From an uncultured delta proteobacterium (lineage in GTDB: Bacteria > Myxococcota_A > Polyangia > Polyangiales > Polyangiaceae), in the NCBI GenBank assembly GCA_963806225.1, contig CAWDXG010000004.1:1760001-1824000 (forward strand): a stretch of DNA of 64,000 nucleotides, given 5' to 3'. The position numbers were made by a program, and so were the translations under genes. Position 1 is the first letter of the stretch; every line of letters begins with the position of its first letter. The notes beneath the pieces are model-generated. The model was not told where the DNA came from and did not search any database. It saw nothing but the letters and a program-made list of their open reading frames with translations. Positions 47,164 through 57,415 of the stretch are shown here, piece by piece.

Positions 47164-49533
47164 CTAGTTCCTGAGCGGTTTGTTGTTCATCAGCATGTGC
47201 TGCATGCGGTCGAGGCTCTTCTGTTCGCCGCACAGGCTGATGAAGGTCTCACGTTCCAGGTCGAGCATCTGCTGCTCGGTGACGGGCGCCGCCGCGCCGC
47301 CCTCGCCGCCGCACAGGACGCGAGCCAGCTTGCGGGCAATGACGCCGTCGTATTCGGTGGCGTAGCCGCCAGCGACGAGCGTATCGACCAGCATACTGAT
47401 GGTGGCGATGCCGCTCTCGCCGGGCAGCTTGTACGCGCGCGGCGCCGGCGGGTGGTAGCCGGCCTCGGCCATGCCGATGGCGCGCGCCTTGGCTTCGGTC
47501 ACCAGCCTGGCCTTGTCGAAGCTGATGCCGTCGCTCTTCCTGAAATAGCCGTAGTGCTGGGCCATCTCCGCGCTGGTCGCCACGTTCGCCATCGCGATGT
47601 TCTTGAACACCGCTGCCACCAGCGACTGCACGATGATGTCCGAGCCTTCGACAATGCCTTCCAGAGCGCGCCACACCAGGTTCAGACAGCCGCCGCCGCC
47701 GGGGATCAGGCCCACGCCGACCTCGACCAGCCCGGCATAGGTCTCCGCGGCAGCCTGCACTGCATTCGAGGCGAGGCACACCTCGAGCCCGCCGCCCACG
47801 GCCATGCCGAAGGGCGCCGCCACGACCGGAACGCGCGAGTACTTCATGCGCTGACCGGCCTGCTGCAGAGCGTTCACCATATTGTCGAGCTCGTCCCACT
47901 GCTTCTGCTGCGCAGCGACCACGACGCCGAACAGGTTCGCACCCACACTGAAGTGATCACCCTGGTTGGCGATGATCATGGCGCGGAAGTCGCGCTCGGC
48001 GCGCTCCGTGGCCTCGCCCAGCATGGCGATCACCTCGGGGTCGATGCTGTTGGCCTTGCTCTTGTAGGTGAGCGCGAGCACACCGTCGCCGATGTCCCAG
48101 GCCTCGGCGCCGCTGTTGGTGAGCACGGGCGCGTTGCCCTTGCGCAGCACCGTGAGCGTCGCGTTGCGCGGATCGGTCTTCTGCTGGACGTATTCGCCCT
48201 TCGCCAGCTCGAACACCTTGCCGTCGGCGTAGAAGGCCTTGGCCCCCGACGCCTTCATCTTCTTGACGCTCGCGGGCAGCTCGATGCCGTCCTTCTCCAT
48301 GCGCTCGACCACTCGCTCGAAGCCCATGGCGTCCCAGGTCTCGAAGGGACCGAGCTCCCAGTTATAGCCCCAGCGCATCGAATCATCGATAGCGACGATG
48401 CTGTCGCTGATCTCGCCGACCATCTTCGCCGAGTAGGCGAGCGCGCGCGAAGTGACCTTCCACGCGAACTTCCCCGCGGGGCCGTCGTCCTCGAAGAGCT
48501 TCTTCACCCGTTCGCGCGGATCCTCGATGCCGCCGATTTCCTTGCACTTCGAGCGGATGTCGCCGTTGCCGCCGCGGGCGCGGTACTTCTTGTCATAGGG
48601 GTCGAAGGTCTCGATGCCTTCCTTCGTCTTCTTGTAGAAGCCGCCCCTGGTCTTGTTGCCGAGCAGCTTCTGCTCGACCATGCCGCGGATGTACTCCGGC
48701 AGCTTGAAGACCTCGCGTTCCGGGTCCTCGGCGAGCGCCTCGTAGCAGTTGTCGGCCACGTGCATCACCGTGTCGAGGCCGACCATGTCCGCGGTGCGGA
48801 AGCTGGCGCTCTTCGGATGCGCCATGGGCGGGCCGGTGATCGCGTCCACGTCCTCGGGAGCCAGCTTGTCCTCCAGCATCTGGTGGATCCCGACCAGCAT
48901 GGCGTGCGTGCCGATGCGGTTGCCCACGAAGTTCGGCGTGTCCAGGGCGTGCACGATGCCCTTGCCGAGCACGTCCTCGCCGAAGCGCTGCACGCGCTCG
49001 ATAACGGCGGGATCCGTTTCCGGACCGGCCACGAGCTCCAGCAGCTTCATGTAGCGGACCGGGTTGAAGAAATGCATCACGCAGAAGTGCTTCTTGAAGC
49101 GGTCGCTGCGGCCTTCGACCATGTTGTGGATGCGGAGGCCCGAGGTGTTGGAGGCCACGATGGTGGTCGGCTTCACCACCTTCTCGAGCCGCTCGAACAG
49201 CTTCTGCTTGATGTCGAGCCGCTCGATGATCGCCTCGACGATCAGGTCGCACTCACCGAGCTTGTCGAGGTCGTCCTCGAGGTTGCCGGTCTCGACCAGC
49301 GCGGCACGGCTCTTGTGGAAGAAGGCCGCCGGCTTGGCCTTGATGGCTCCCTGTAGCCCGTTGTCGGCGAAACGGTTCTTCGCCGAGCGCTGCTTCTTCT
49401 CGTCGTCGGAGAGCTTGGGCGGAACGATGTCGAGCAGAAGCACCGGCACGCTCGCGTTGGCGAGGTGTGCCGCAATGCCACTGCCCATGACGCCCGCTCC
49501 GATGACGCCCACGCGCCGAATCGGTTCAGTCAT
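47164..49533 (-). CDS. fadN: 3-hydroxyacyl-CoA dehydrogenase / enoyl-CoA hydratase (FadN type)
   Basis: GAGVMG, SNTSG, HFFNP, GGGLE, GLVEVGVGLIP, C-terminal KPLRN. Confidence 0.95.
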   Translation of the reverse strand: MTEPIRRVGVIGAGVMGSGIAAHLANASVPVLLLDIVPPKLSDDEKKQRSAKNRFADNGLQGAIKAKPAAFFHKSRAALVETGNLEDDLDKLGECDLIVEAIIERLDIKQKLFERLEKVVKPTTIVASNTSGLRIHNMVEGRSDRFKKHFCVMHFFNPVRYMKLLELVAGPETDPAVIERVQRFGEDVLGKGIVHALDTPNFVGNRIGTHAMLVGIHQMLEDKLAPEDVDAITGPPMAHPKSASFRTADMVGLDTVMHVADNCYEALAEDPEREVFKLPEYIRGMVEQKLLGNKTRGGFYKKTKEGIETFDPYDKKYRARGGNGDIRSKCKEIGGIEDPRERVKKLFEDDGPAGKFAWKVTSRALAYSAKMVGEISDSIVAIDDSMRWGYNWELGPFETWDAMGFERVVERMEKDGIELPASVKKMKASGAKAFYADGKVFELAKGEYVQQKTDPRNATLTVLRKGNAPVLTNSGAEAWDIGDGVLALTYKSKANSIDPEVIAMLGEATERAERDFRAMIIANQGDHFSVGANLFGVVVAAQQKQWDELDNMVNALQQAGQRMKYSRVPVVAAPFGMAVGGGLEVCLASNAVQAAAETYAGLVEVGVGLIPGGGGCLNLVWRALEGIVEGSDIIVQSLVAAVFKNIAMANVATSAEMAQHYGYFRKSDGISFDKARLVTEAKARAIGMAEAGYHPPAPRAYKLPGESGIATISMLVDTLVAGGYATEYDGVIARKLARVLCGGEGGAAAPVTEQQMLDLERETFISLCGEQKSLDRMQHMLMNNKPLRN

Positions 49534-49654
49534 GTCGTGCCTCGTTCATCAGGAGAAAACCCGGCGCGCCGGTACCCGCTCGGGCACAGGCCGGGGGCGG
49601 AAACGTTGTTCCGGAGCGCATGGAACGCAAGTCCGACCCCTGACAGCGGCTGGA

Positions 49655-49701
49655 AGCGGCGTTCCCAGCGCCGCCGCCTCGACGGGGCTGGGAACGCCGC
49701 T
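49655..49701. repeat. Perfect 15-bp inverted repeat between divergent genes
   Basis: AGCGGCGTTCCCAGC-N17-GCTGGGAACGCCGCT. Confidence 0.7.
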
Positions 49702-49730
49702 GTGATATTTTCTAGGGTTGGAGTGGTGCA

Positions 49731-51774
49731 TTGAACGGTCAGGCTTCACAACCGAAAGATCAACTGGTCGATGAGCTCCTCGGCCTGGAGAAGCAGCGAC
49801 TTTCCGCGACTCCGCTGGGCGCTGCATCGCAGGCCCGATACCGGCAACTGGTCCGCACGCTGTTTGGCGGGGCCGAGGACGACCGGCGTCGCTTCGTCAG
49901 GGTGGATGCGCGCCGTCCGGCCCGGATCCAGCACGCCGGCTTCGAGCTCCCCGCGCAGGTGACCTCGATGAGCGTCGGCGGGTTGTTCCTCCACACCGAG
50001 GAACCCGACCCAGCCCTCATGGGGAAGGAAGTCGACGTGGTGGTGGAGCTCCACCACGTTGAAAAGCACCCCATTTCACTGCGGGCGCGCGTGTGTCGGG
50101 TGGCGTCTGCGCCCGATCAGGCCCAGGGGTTCGGCGTCGAGCTGCTCGACCTGGACGCCCAGCAGCGCGACAGCCTCGCGAACCAGTTGAAGGAGCAACT
50201 GCTAGCAGCGCTCCAGGCGTCTGAAGAGCAATATCGCTTCTTTTTCGAGCATTCTTCGGATGTTGCGCTTCTGCTCGACCGCGGCGGCCACGTGCAGCAG
50301 GTCAGCGAAGCCGGGGCCAGCTTGCTGGGCTGCACCCGCGACACGCTTTCCGGCGCCCACCTCGACGCGCTGGTCGCCCTCGAGGACCTGCCGCGAGCCA
50401 CGGAAGCTCTCCAGAAGCTCGAAGAGCAGGACAGTGTGCGCATCGAGATCGAGCTGCTCGATCGCAACGGCGGGCGCATCCCGGTTCTGGCCACGTTCCA
50501 GGCAGTACGGGCCCACAGCCTGTGCGTCGGGAGCATCGTCGCGGCGGACGACCTGCGCGAACGCAAGCGACGCGAGCAGGAGCAGCGGACGATGGAACGC
50601 CGCCTGTTCCAGATGGACAAGCTCGCGACACTGGGCCAGGTGACCGCGGGGATCGCGCACGACATCAACAATCCGCTCGCGTACATGCTGTCCAACCTGA
50701 CGGTACTCGAGCAGAACCTCGACGGCCTGGTCGAGGCCGTCGGGGCCGCGCGTAGCGGGCGCGTCGCCAGCATGACGCCGAAGGCGCTGGAGTCACTGAA
50801 CGGCAGTCTTCCGGAGTTGATCGGCGACAGCCTCGAAGGGTGCCGGCGCATCCGGGACATCATCAAGCAGCTCCGTGACTTCTCGCGCGTGGACAACTCG
50901 GCTGAAATCCCGGTCAACGTCAACGCCGCAGTCGACGCGTCGATCCAGGTCATCCGGAACCTGATCAACCATCACTGTCAGCTGGAGCGCGACTATGCGG
51001 CGGATCTCCCCCGCACTCTGTGCAATTTCGGCCGCTTCTCGCAGGTCGTGCTGAACCTGCTGTCCAACGCAGTCAAGGCTTTCGAAGGCCGCGACCGGGA
51101 TCGCAACAGAATCCGCGTCACCACGCGACAGACCGAATCGGGAATCGTCGTCTCCGTCACCGACAACGGCCGTGGCATCGCGCCGGAGCTGCGGTCCCGG
51201 ATCCTGGAACCGTTCTTCACGACCCGCGCCCGCTCGGGGGGCACTGGTCTGGGGTTGGCGATCGTTCAGGACAATGTGCGGATGCTAGGCGGCACGCTGG
51301 AGATCGAGTCCGCTCTGGGCGAAGGCACGACTTTTTCTTTCACGCTACCGGTCCGCACGCCGCCTCCCGAAAAGGAGCGCCCGCCTTCCGGCCATCCGTC
51401 GTCGCCAGCCCGGCGCCGGATCTTGATCGTGGACGACGATCCGGCGGTGCTGCGGGGCCTCAAGCGCCTGCTAGGGCGCCAGGTACGAGGTCGTGCCATC
51501 TCCTTCTGCAACGCATGCACTCGAGCTCGTCGGTCAGCACCACTTCGACGCGATCCTGTGCGACCTGATGATGCCGGAGATGACCGGTGTGGAATTCCAT
51601 CGCAGCCTGTCCGAGAGGGATCCGGAGTCAGCGCGCCGCACGATCCTGATGACGGGCGGCGTGTTCGTGCAGGGCGATCACGACGCGCTCGCGGACCTCG
51701 ACATCCTGGTACTGACGAAACCGGTCGACCCCGAGGATCTGATCGCGGCACTCGCCTCCGTAACCTCGGAATAG
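49731..51774 (+). CDS. Hybrid histidine kinase PilZ-PAS-HisKA-HATPase-REC (frameshift ~51483)
   Basis: RRFVR..SMSVGG, AHDINNP, GTGLGL, ILIVDDD; removing one G joins [16 protein letters not shown]. Confidence 0.85.
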
Positions 51775-51790
51775 CCGGCGCCGCAGCCGC

Positions 51791-51807
51791 ATGTTGCGCC
51801 GCAACAT
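51791..51807. promoter_or_regulatory. Palindromic operator candidate
   Basis: ATGTTGCG-C-CGCAACAT, next to TTGACA (51814-51819), upstream of satP. Confidence 0.45.
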
Positions 51808-51892
51808 TTTCTCTTGACAGACGGCCGAATGATAGGCAAACCAGGACCCACTGGTTATTGCACCGCAGCATTTCGATGCGGCGAGGTGGGTC

Positions 51893-52585
51893 ATGAGGGC
51901 GATGGCGGAAGTGCATCCGGAGATGGGCGATTTCGCGGAAAACGACTTGATACCGGGCTCGGGGCGAGCTCCGAGGGCTGTCGGCGCTGCTGCGCCTGTG
52001 GCGCGCTTCGCCGATCCGACGCCGCTCGGCCTGGTGGGGCTGGCAATCGGCTGCGCGGCGCTCGTGCCGATCGCCTTCGGCGCCAAGGTGGGCATCCCGG
52101 GCCTGATCACGGCCGCCGTCATCTGCGTGCTGTTCGGCGGGGGCTGCCAACTGATAGCGGGCCTTCTGAACCTCGCCAACGGCAACCTGCTCGGCGGCAC
52201 GCTGTTCGCCGCCTTCGCCTTCAACTGGGCGCTGAACGGCTGGGCGCTCTGGTCGCTCGCGCACGGCCTGGTGCCCGAGCACCAGATCCTGCTCGCGACA
52301 GAAGCCGCGTCACTGGTGCTGTTCGTTCCCCTCACCTACGCCTTCGGTCACTACTCGGCGCTGCTGTTCGTGTTCCTGCTCGACATCGACATCCTCTACG
52401 GCTTCAAGCTGCTCGCCGGCTACGGCCACGTCGGCGGCATGCAGATCCCGATCGCGTTGTGCACGGTCGCGCTGGCCGTCATTGCGCTGTGGATCGCGCT
52501 CGCGATGCTGGTGAATCCCGTTGCCGGCCGACGCATCCTTCCGATGCCCGGTCCGCTATTCCGCGCGGCAACGCCGGCAGGCTGA
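51893..52585 (+). CDS. satP: GPR1/FUN34/YaaH family acetate uptake channel
   Basis: FADPTPLGL, GGGCQLIAG, about six TM. Confidence 0.8.
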   Translation: MRAMAEVHPEMGDFAENDLIPGSGRAPRAVGAAAPVARFADPTPLGLVGLAIGCAALVPIAFGAKVGIPGLITAAVICVLFGGGCQLIAGLLNLANGNLLGGTLFAAFAFNWALNGWALWSLAHGLVPEHQILLATEAASLVLFVPLTYAFGHYSALLFVFLLDIDILYGFKLLAGYGHVGGMQIPIALCTVALAVIALWIALAMLVNPVAGRRILPMPGPLFRAATPAG

Positions 52586-52677
52586 CCGACAGCGCGTCTC
52601 GCGCCCCGGTTGTCTTGCCAGAGCGGCGAAACGCCGGTATCTGTCCGGCCGTGGCCTACGCCAGGGAGACACACGAC

Positions 52678-53166
52678 ATGCGCTTCGGAACAATCGTCTG
52701 GGTGGGAGCATTCGCTGTCGCTTCGAGCCTGTCGATCGGCTGCTCGAGCAAGGACAACGGCGCCGCTCCCGGCAGCACGGGCGGCAGTGCGGGCGCCACA
52801 GGCGGCACCGGCGGCACGGCTGGCGCCACAGGCGGCACCGGCGGCACGGCTGGCGCCACAGGCGGCACCGGCGGCAGTGCAGGCACCGGCGGCACGGCTG
52901 GCGCGGGGGGCACCGCGGGAACCGGCGGCGCAGCTGGCGCTGCGGGCTCGGGCGGTGCGGCTGGCGCGGGCGGCGCGGGGGGAGCTGCGCAGACCTGTGT
53001 CGCTTCCGGCGGCGCGGTGAAGTCCGGCCAGTGCTGCAAGAGCGCGGCAGACTTCCCGGCGACCTGCAGCCTCGGAGCGTGCTCGTGCTCTCCGCAGAAC
53101 AGCCACAAGGTCCAGCTCTGCGCGTGCCCGTCCAACCAGTGCTTCAACGGCACCAGCTGCCAGTAG
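52678..53166 (+). CDS. Small Gly-rich lipoprotein with Cys-rich C-terminus
   Basis: GGAG RBS, SIGC lipobox, 30-bp tandem GATGGTGGTA repeats. Confidence 0.75.
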   Translation: MRFGTIVWVGAFAVASSLSIGCSSKDNGAAPGSTGGSAGATGGTGGTAGATGGTGGTAGATGGTGGSAGTGGTAGAGGTAGTGGAAGAAGSGGAAGAGGAGGAAQTCVASGGAVKSGQCCKSAADFPATCSLGACSCSPQNSHKVQLCACPSNQCFNGTSCQ

Positions 53167-53309
53167 ACAACACGCGCCCCTGATCGCCGTGTCGCGGCGG
53201 CGTGAACCGGAGCGTGCGCTGTCGGCAAAAACGCGCCGTAACGGCGATCCGCACGTTGGCCCACGGCGTGCAGACCACCTGCCCGGACTCGCTGGCAGGA
53301 GGTCGTGAT

Positions 53310-54017
53310 TTGAGAACTGCAACGCTGTCTGCGCTGGCTGCCGCCCTCGGCGTGCTCGCGTGGATGGGTACGGCACACGCCGCGCCACCGAACGGGCTGG
53401 AGCTTTCAGCGGGCGCATCGCTGGCAGGGCGCCACACGACGAAGGTCGACCTGGCCCAGCTCGCCGGGGCGAGCGATTCCGGATCGGGCAACGATCTGGG
53501 TCCGGCCACGCTCGGAGTCGAGCTCACCGGCGGCTTGAACCTGCCGCTGGCGGAGCTCGGGGTGGGCGGCTGGCTCGCAGTCGGCGGACTATCGCTGGGT
53601 CGGATCGAGAGCCGCTATCTAGGCGGCCAGCACGCCCAGGTGGGGTCGAGCCTCGACGTGGGCCTCGAGGGTGCGCTCCGGTTGCACCCGGATATCTCGC
53701 GTGAGCTCGGGCTCCGGATCGGCCCGGCGGTGGCTTGGCAGCGCATGCAGGCGTCGTCGCCGTTCGGCATTGGACGACTCGAGCTTCTGGGTGTCGGTCT
53801 CGACGCCGGGCTGGTCTGGCGGACAGGGCCGATTTCGCGGGTCGTCGACGGGCACGTGGAGCTCATGCTGTCGGCCCGCCGCGAGCTGCCGCTCGACGTG
53901 TACGTCGCCCGTGCCGCGAACGACGTGGTGCTGTCGGGCACGGGGGGCCACGCCGCCGCGATCTACAGCGTAACCGCGCGGCTCGGCTACGTGTTCGATT
54001 TCCACCGCGCGCGCTAG
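53310..54017 (+). CDS. Small outer-membrane beta-barrel-like protein
   Basis: AGGAGG RBS + TTG, AHA signal end, amphipathic strands, RLGYVFDF. Confidence 0.6.
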   Translation: MRTATLSALAAALGVLAWMGTAHAAPPNGLELSAGASLAGRHTTKVDLAQLAGASDSGSGNDLGPATLGVELTGGLNLPLAELGVGGWLAVGGLSLGRIESRYLGGQHAQVGSSLDVGLEGALRLHPDISRELGLRIGPAVAWQRMQASSPFGIGRLELLGVGLDAGLVWRTGPISRVVDGHVELMLSARRELPLDVYVARAANDVVLSGTGGHAAAIYSVTARLGYVFDFHRAR

Positions 54018-54023
54018 CCGCGC

Positions 54024-55475
54024 TCAAGGCGGGCAGACGTTGCTCTTCTGGCAGCGCATCACGAAGCCCGCACCCTGGCGCTCACCGGCGACGTACAGGC
54101 CGTCACCGGACGCCGCAGGCTGCGCGGCCACGGCCCAGGCCACGTCGTAGGAGCTCAGGCTCCGGATCCAGGTGGGCGCGACGTTGTTGGAGAAGCCGAG
54201 CGGCAGCTTCTGGATGACCGCGGTTGCGCTCGAAGTCGTCGACTGCGAGTTGTCCCACCCCTGCGCGCCGCTGACGTAGAGCGCCTTGCCGTCCGTCGTC
54301 ATGCTCACGAACGCGTCGAATAGCGAGCTGGGATTCCATTTGTAGGTCGCCAGGAGCTTCCCGGCGGCGTCCAGCCTGAGCACGAAACCGAAGGCGTCGG
54401 TCGACGTGGCATCGGCGCCGAATCCCGCCACGTACAGGTTGCCCCCCTCGAAGAGCGCGCTGTAGCCGTCGCTGGACGTGCTACCGACCGTGATCGGCCC
54501 GGCCGTGGCCGAAGCCGCGCACGGACACGGTCCCGTGGTGGAACAGGACGCGTCGTCGAAGCTGTCGACGTACAGGCTGCCTTTCGAGCTGCGGATCACA
54601 TACACCGTGGAACCATTGGCAGCCATCGCGTGGATGGCGCCGTGGTCGGCGCCGCCGACGCGGAATCCGCAGGCGTTGCCGTTCGACAGGCCCTTGATGC
54701 CCCAGGCGTAGCCGGTTGCCTCCGTGTTCGACGTGCCGCCCATCCAGAAGCCGCTCGGTGTCTGGACGATGCGCCAGTTCTCGTCGGACGCGGCCGTGCC
54801 GTAGAGCGGCTTCATGAAACTCGAGCTGAGCGTTGTCGAGGCAAGCCGGACCCAGAGTCCGTTGCGCGGATCGCTGCCCGTGACGACGTCGCCCACCGCG
54901 TAGAGCGAGCTCCCCACCAGGATGACGTTCCTGAGCGAGCTCGCGGTGGCGCCCGACACGGACAGCGTCTTCTCGTGGACGACACTACCCTGGCAGCCAG
55001 CGATCGCGGCCGCCCAGGCGCTGTCACTCTTGGTGCCGACCAGATAGACGCTCGAGCTATCGGCCACGGCGCCCATCGGAACCGCCGTGAGGTCGGTCTC
55101 CCAGGTCGACGTGCAGGTCGTAACGCACTGGCCCTGGGCGCTGCACTTCTGGTTCGTCGAGCAGTAGCCGCAGACGTGCCCGCAGCCGTCCGATCCGCAG
55201 ACCTTGCCGCTGCACTGCGGAGCGCAGCCTCCGCTGCCGCCGGCGCCGCCCTTCCCGGCAGTGCCACCGCCGCTTCCACCCGGGCCACCTTCCGGCCATC
55301 CGCCGTGCGACACGCCGCCGGACCCCCCGTTGCCGCCGTTGCCCAGCGCGCCGAAGCCGCCTTCGTTCTGGGCGGTGCCGCCGCCGGCCTGGCCGGCGCA
55401 GGCAGGGACGACCGAGAGAGCCAGCGGGAAGGCCAGAACGAGCGACGACGCCAGGAGCACCCGCAAGGAAGACAT
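54024..55475 (-). CDS. Lipoprotein with Cys-rich repeat and beta-propeller-like domain
   Basis: VPAC lipobox, CGSDGCGHVCGYC, repeated LYVAG-type blades. Confidence 0.72.
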   Translation of the reverse strand: MSSLRVLLASSLVLAFPLALSVVPACAGQAGGGTAQNEGGFGALGNGGNGGSGGVSHGGWPEGGPGGSGGGTAGKGGAGGSGGCAPQCSGKVCGSDGCGHVCGYCSTNQKCSAQGQCVTTCTSTWETDLTAVPMGAVADSSSVYLVGTKSDSAWAAAIAGCQGSVVHEKTLSVSGATASSLRNVILVGSSLYAVGDVVTGSDPRNGLWVRLASTTLSSSFMKPLYGTAASDENWRIVQTPSGFWMGGTSNTEATGYAWGIKGLSNGNACGFRVGGADHGAIHAMAANGSTVYVIRSSKGSLYVDSFDDASCSTTGPCPCAASATAGPITVGSTSSDGYSALFEGGNLYVAGFGADATSTDAFGFVLRLDAAGKLLATYKWNPSSLFDAFVSMTTDGKALYVSGAQGWDNSQSTTSSATAVIQKLPLGFSNNVAPTWIRSLSSYDVAWAVAAQPAASGDGLYVAGERQGAGFVMRCQKSNVCPP

Positions 55476-55571
55476 CGACTCCACGATACCGCCGTCGAGC
55501 CCCGGCGACCAGCACCGCGGCAGCAGCCCGTGCGATCCGGAGTTCTGGCTACCGCCGCGCCCGCGGCGCGA

Positions 55572-56705
55572 TCACTCCACGCCGCCGAACTGTCGCACGG
55601 CGGCGGCGCGCCTGCCCTTGGGGAACTCCTTCAGGTACTGCTCGGCCCGCTCGTGCGCCAGCGCGCTCTCGCCGGCGTGCGACCAGGCCTCGACTTCGCG
55701 AGCCAGTGCGTCCTGAGCGAGCGCGCCGTGCGGAGCGAGGCGAAGCGCCGTCGCGAACGCCTGTGCCGCAGGACGCGGTCGGCCGAGATCGTCGAGCAGC
55801 ACCCGCCCGAGCGTGAACGCAGCGAGCGGAGCACGCGCGTCGCCCGCATGCGCGGACACGACGCTTTGAAGATACTTCACCGCGTCGGCGGGGTGTCCGC
55901 CCAGGCGGGCCACGTCCGCAGCGAGCAGCAGGTCGCCCGGTTCATCCCTGACCGCGCCGCTGCCCTCGGAAACGAGCCGGTGGTAGGCGCGTTCATAGTC
56001 GCCGCTCTGGGCCAGGTCGCGCCACGACGCCTCGGGCCTGGGAGCGGGAGCGGATGCCGGCGGCAGTGGGGCGGAATGCCGCGGCGCGGGGGCTTCCTCA
56101 TGCGGCTTCGGTGCGGGGGCGCTCGGCCGCTTGACGGCGCGCGGCACCCATCGCTCCTCGCCGGCGTACAGCTGGATCGACCCGGCGGGCCAATCGACGC
56201 GCACGTGGCCGCGCTCGACGCGCACCCGGACGCCGTCCGCAGTGTTCGACACGGTAAAGCGCGTTCCGATCACCGTCACCCGGACCTGACCCGCTACCAC
56301 GTGGAATTGCCGCCCCTTCTGGTGCGCGACGTCGAAGCGCGCCTCGCCCGAGGCGACGCGGAGCACGACCTGGTCGGTCGATGCCATGACGGTATCCACC
56401 CGCGTCTTCGGCGCGACCGAGCTCACCGTGGTCCCGTCATGCAGGCGGAACAGCAGATCCGGGTTCGCCTTCGCGACCGGCACGGCCTGCTGCAGCGCCG
56501 GCGCGTGCGTCCGGTGACGGAGTCCAATGAACAGAGCGACCGCGCAGACGACGGCCGCGGCCAGCGCCATCCCGGTCCGGCGTGCGCGCGTGCGCATGAG
56601 CAGCGCGCGATCGAGCCGGGCCTTGGCGCGCCGCTGGCGCTCCGGCGTCCACTCGGTCTCGACGTGTCCGCGTGCCTCTTCCAGGCGAGCGTGCAGATCA
56701 GACAT
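55572..56705 (-). CDS. FecR-domain anti-sigma factor with TPR-like tail
   Basis: TM, GEARFDV, VTVIGTRF, VRVERGHVRV, YLKEFPKG. Confidence 0.88.
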   Translation of the reverse strand: MSDLHARLEEARGHVETEWTPERQRRAKARLDRALLMRTRARRTGMALAAAVVCAVALFIGLRHRTHAPALQQAVPVAKANPDLLFRLHDGTTVSSVAPKTRVDTVMASTDQVVLRVASGEARFDVAHQKGRQFHVVAGQVRVTVIGTRFTVSNTADGVRVRVERGHVRVDWPAGSIQLYAGEERWVPRAVKRPSAPAPKPHEEAPAPRHSAPLPPASAPAPRPEASWRDLAQSGDYERAYHRLVSEGSGAVRDEPGDLLLAADVARLGGHPADAVKYLQSVVSAHAGDARAPLAAFTLGRVLLDDLGRPRPAAQAFATALRLAPHGALAQDALAREVEAWSHAGESALAHERAEQYLKEFPKGRRAAAVRQFGGVE

Positions 56706-57255
56706 CGAGCTCCTCCTCGAGCTGGCGCTGAGCAGCAGCGATGCGCCTCTTGGCGGTCGCCAGCGAACAGCCCGACAGCTCGGCTACGTCTTCCAGCCGC
56801 TCGCCCTGCACATGGCGCAGCACCCAGGCGATGCGCAGATCGGTCGGCATCGCGTCGAGCAGCTCGTACACGCGCGCTAGAAGAGCGCGCTGCTCCGGAC
56901 TGGCCGAAGCATCCACGACCGTGTCGTAGTCCGGATCCGGATCGATGCGCAGCATCGCGCGCAGGCGCCGCCGCTTCAGGCGCTTGCGCGCGGTGCGCAC
57001 CGTGATGGCGGCGAGCCAGCCCTTGATCGCCTCCGGATTCTTCACCGAGTCGAGCCCCCGAACGGCGGCCAGGAACACTTCCTGCACAGTGTCGTCGACC
57101 TCGTCGTCGCGGCCCAGCAGCCGGTAGGCAATGGCGGCCGCGTAGCTCGAATAGCGGCTGAAGAGCACGCCGGCATCCAGCAGGGCCGGCGCAGCGTCAG
57201 CGGCAGCGGCTTCCGCTGGGGCAACAACGTGGAGTAGCGGGCGGCCTCTGGGCAT
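56698..57255 (-). CDS. ECF sigma factor
   Basis: DDTVQEVF, KGWLAAI, CSLATAKRRI; overlaps fecR start. Confidence 0.92.
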   Translation of the reverse strand: MPRGRPLLHVVAPAEAAAADAAPALLDAGVLFSRYSSYAAAIAYRLLGRDDEVDDTVQEVFLAAVRGLDSVKNPEAIKGWLAAITVRTARKRLKRRRLRAMLRIDPDPDYDTVVDASASPEQRALLARVYELLDAMPTDLRIAWVLRHVQGERLEDVAELSGCSLATAKRRIAAAQRQLEEELDV

Positions 57256-57415
57256 CGGCTCTCCCCCCTTAGTGTGCGCCTATCGGCGGATCGGCTCACG
57301 GAAAATCCGCGCGAGCCGGCCCCGCATCAGCGCGCACATCGCTGCATGGCCCTTCCGACGTTGCCCCTGCCGCCGCCCCGGCATCCGGGGACGATTTCCG
57401 CAACAAGGTAGCGGA

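Noticed and set aside
51814..51845. sigma70 promoter at TTGACA
   Set aside because: No credible -10 element at 16-18 bp spacing
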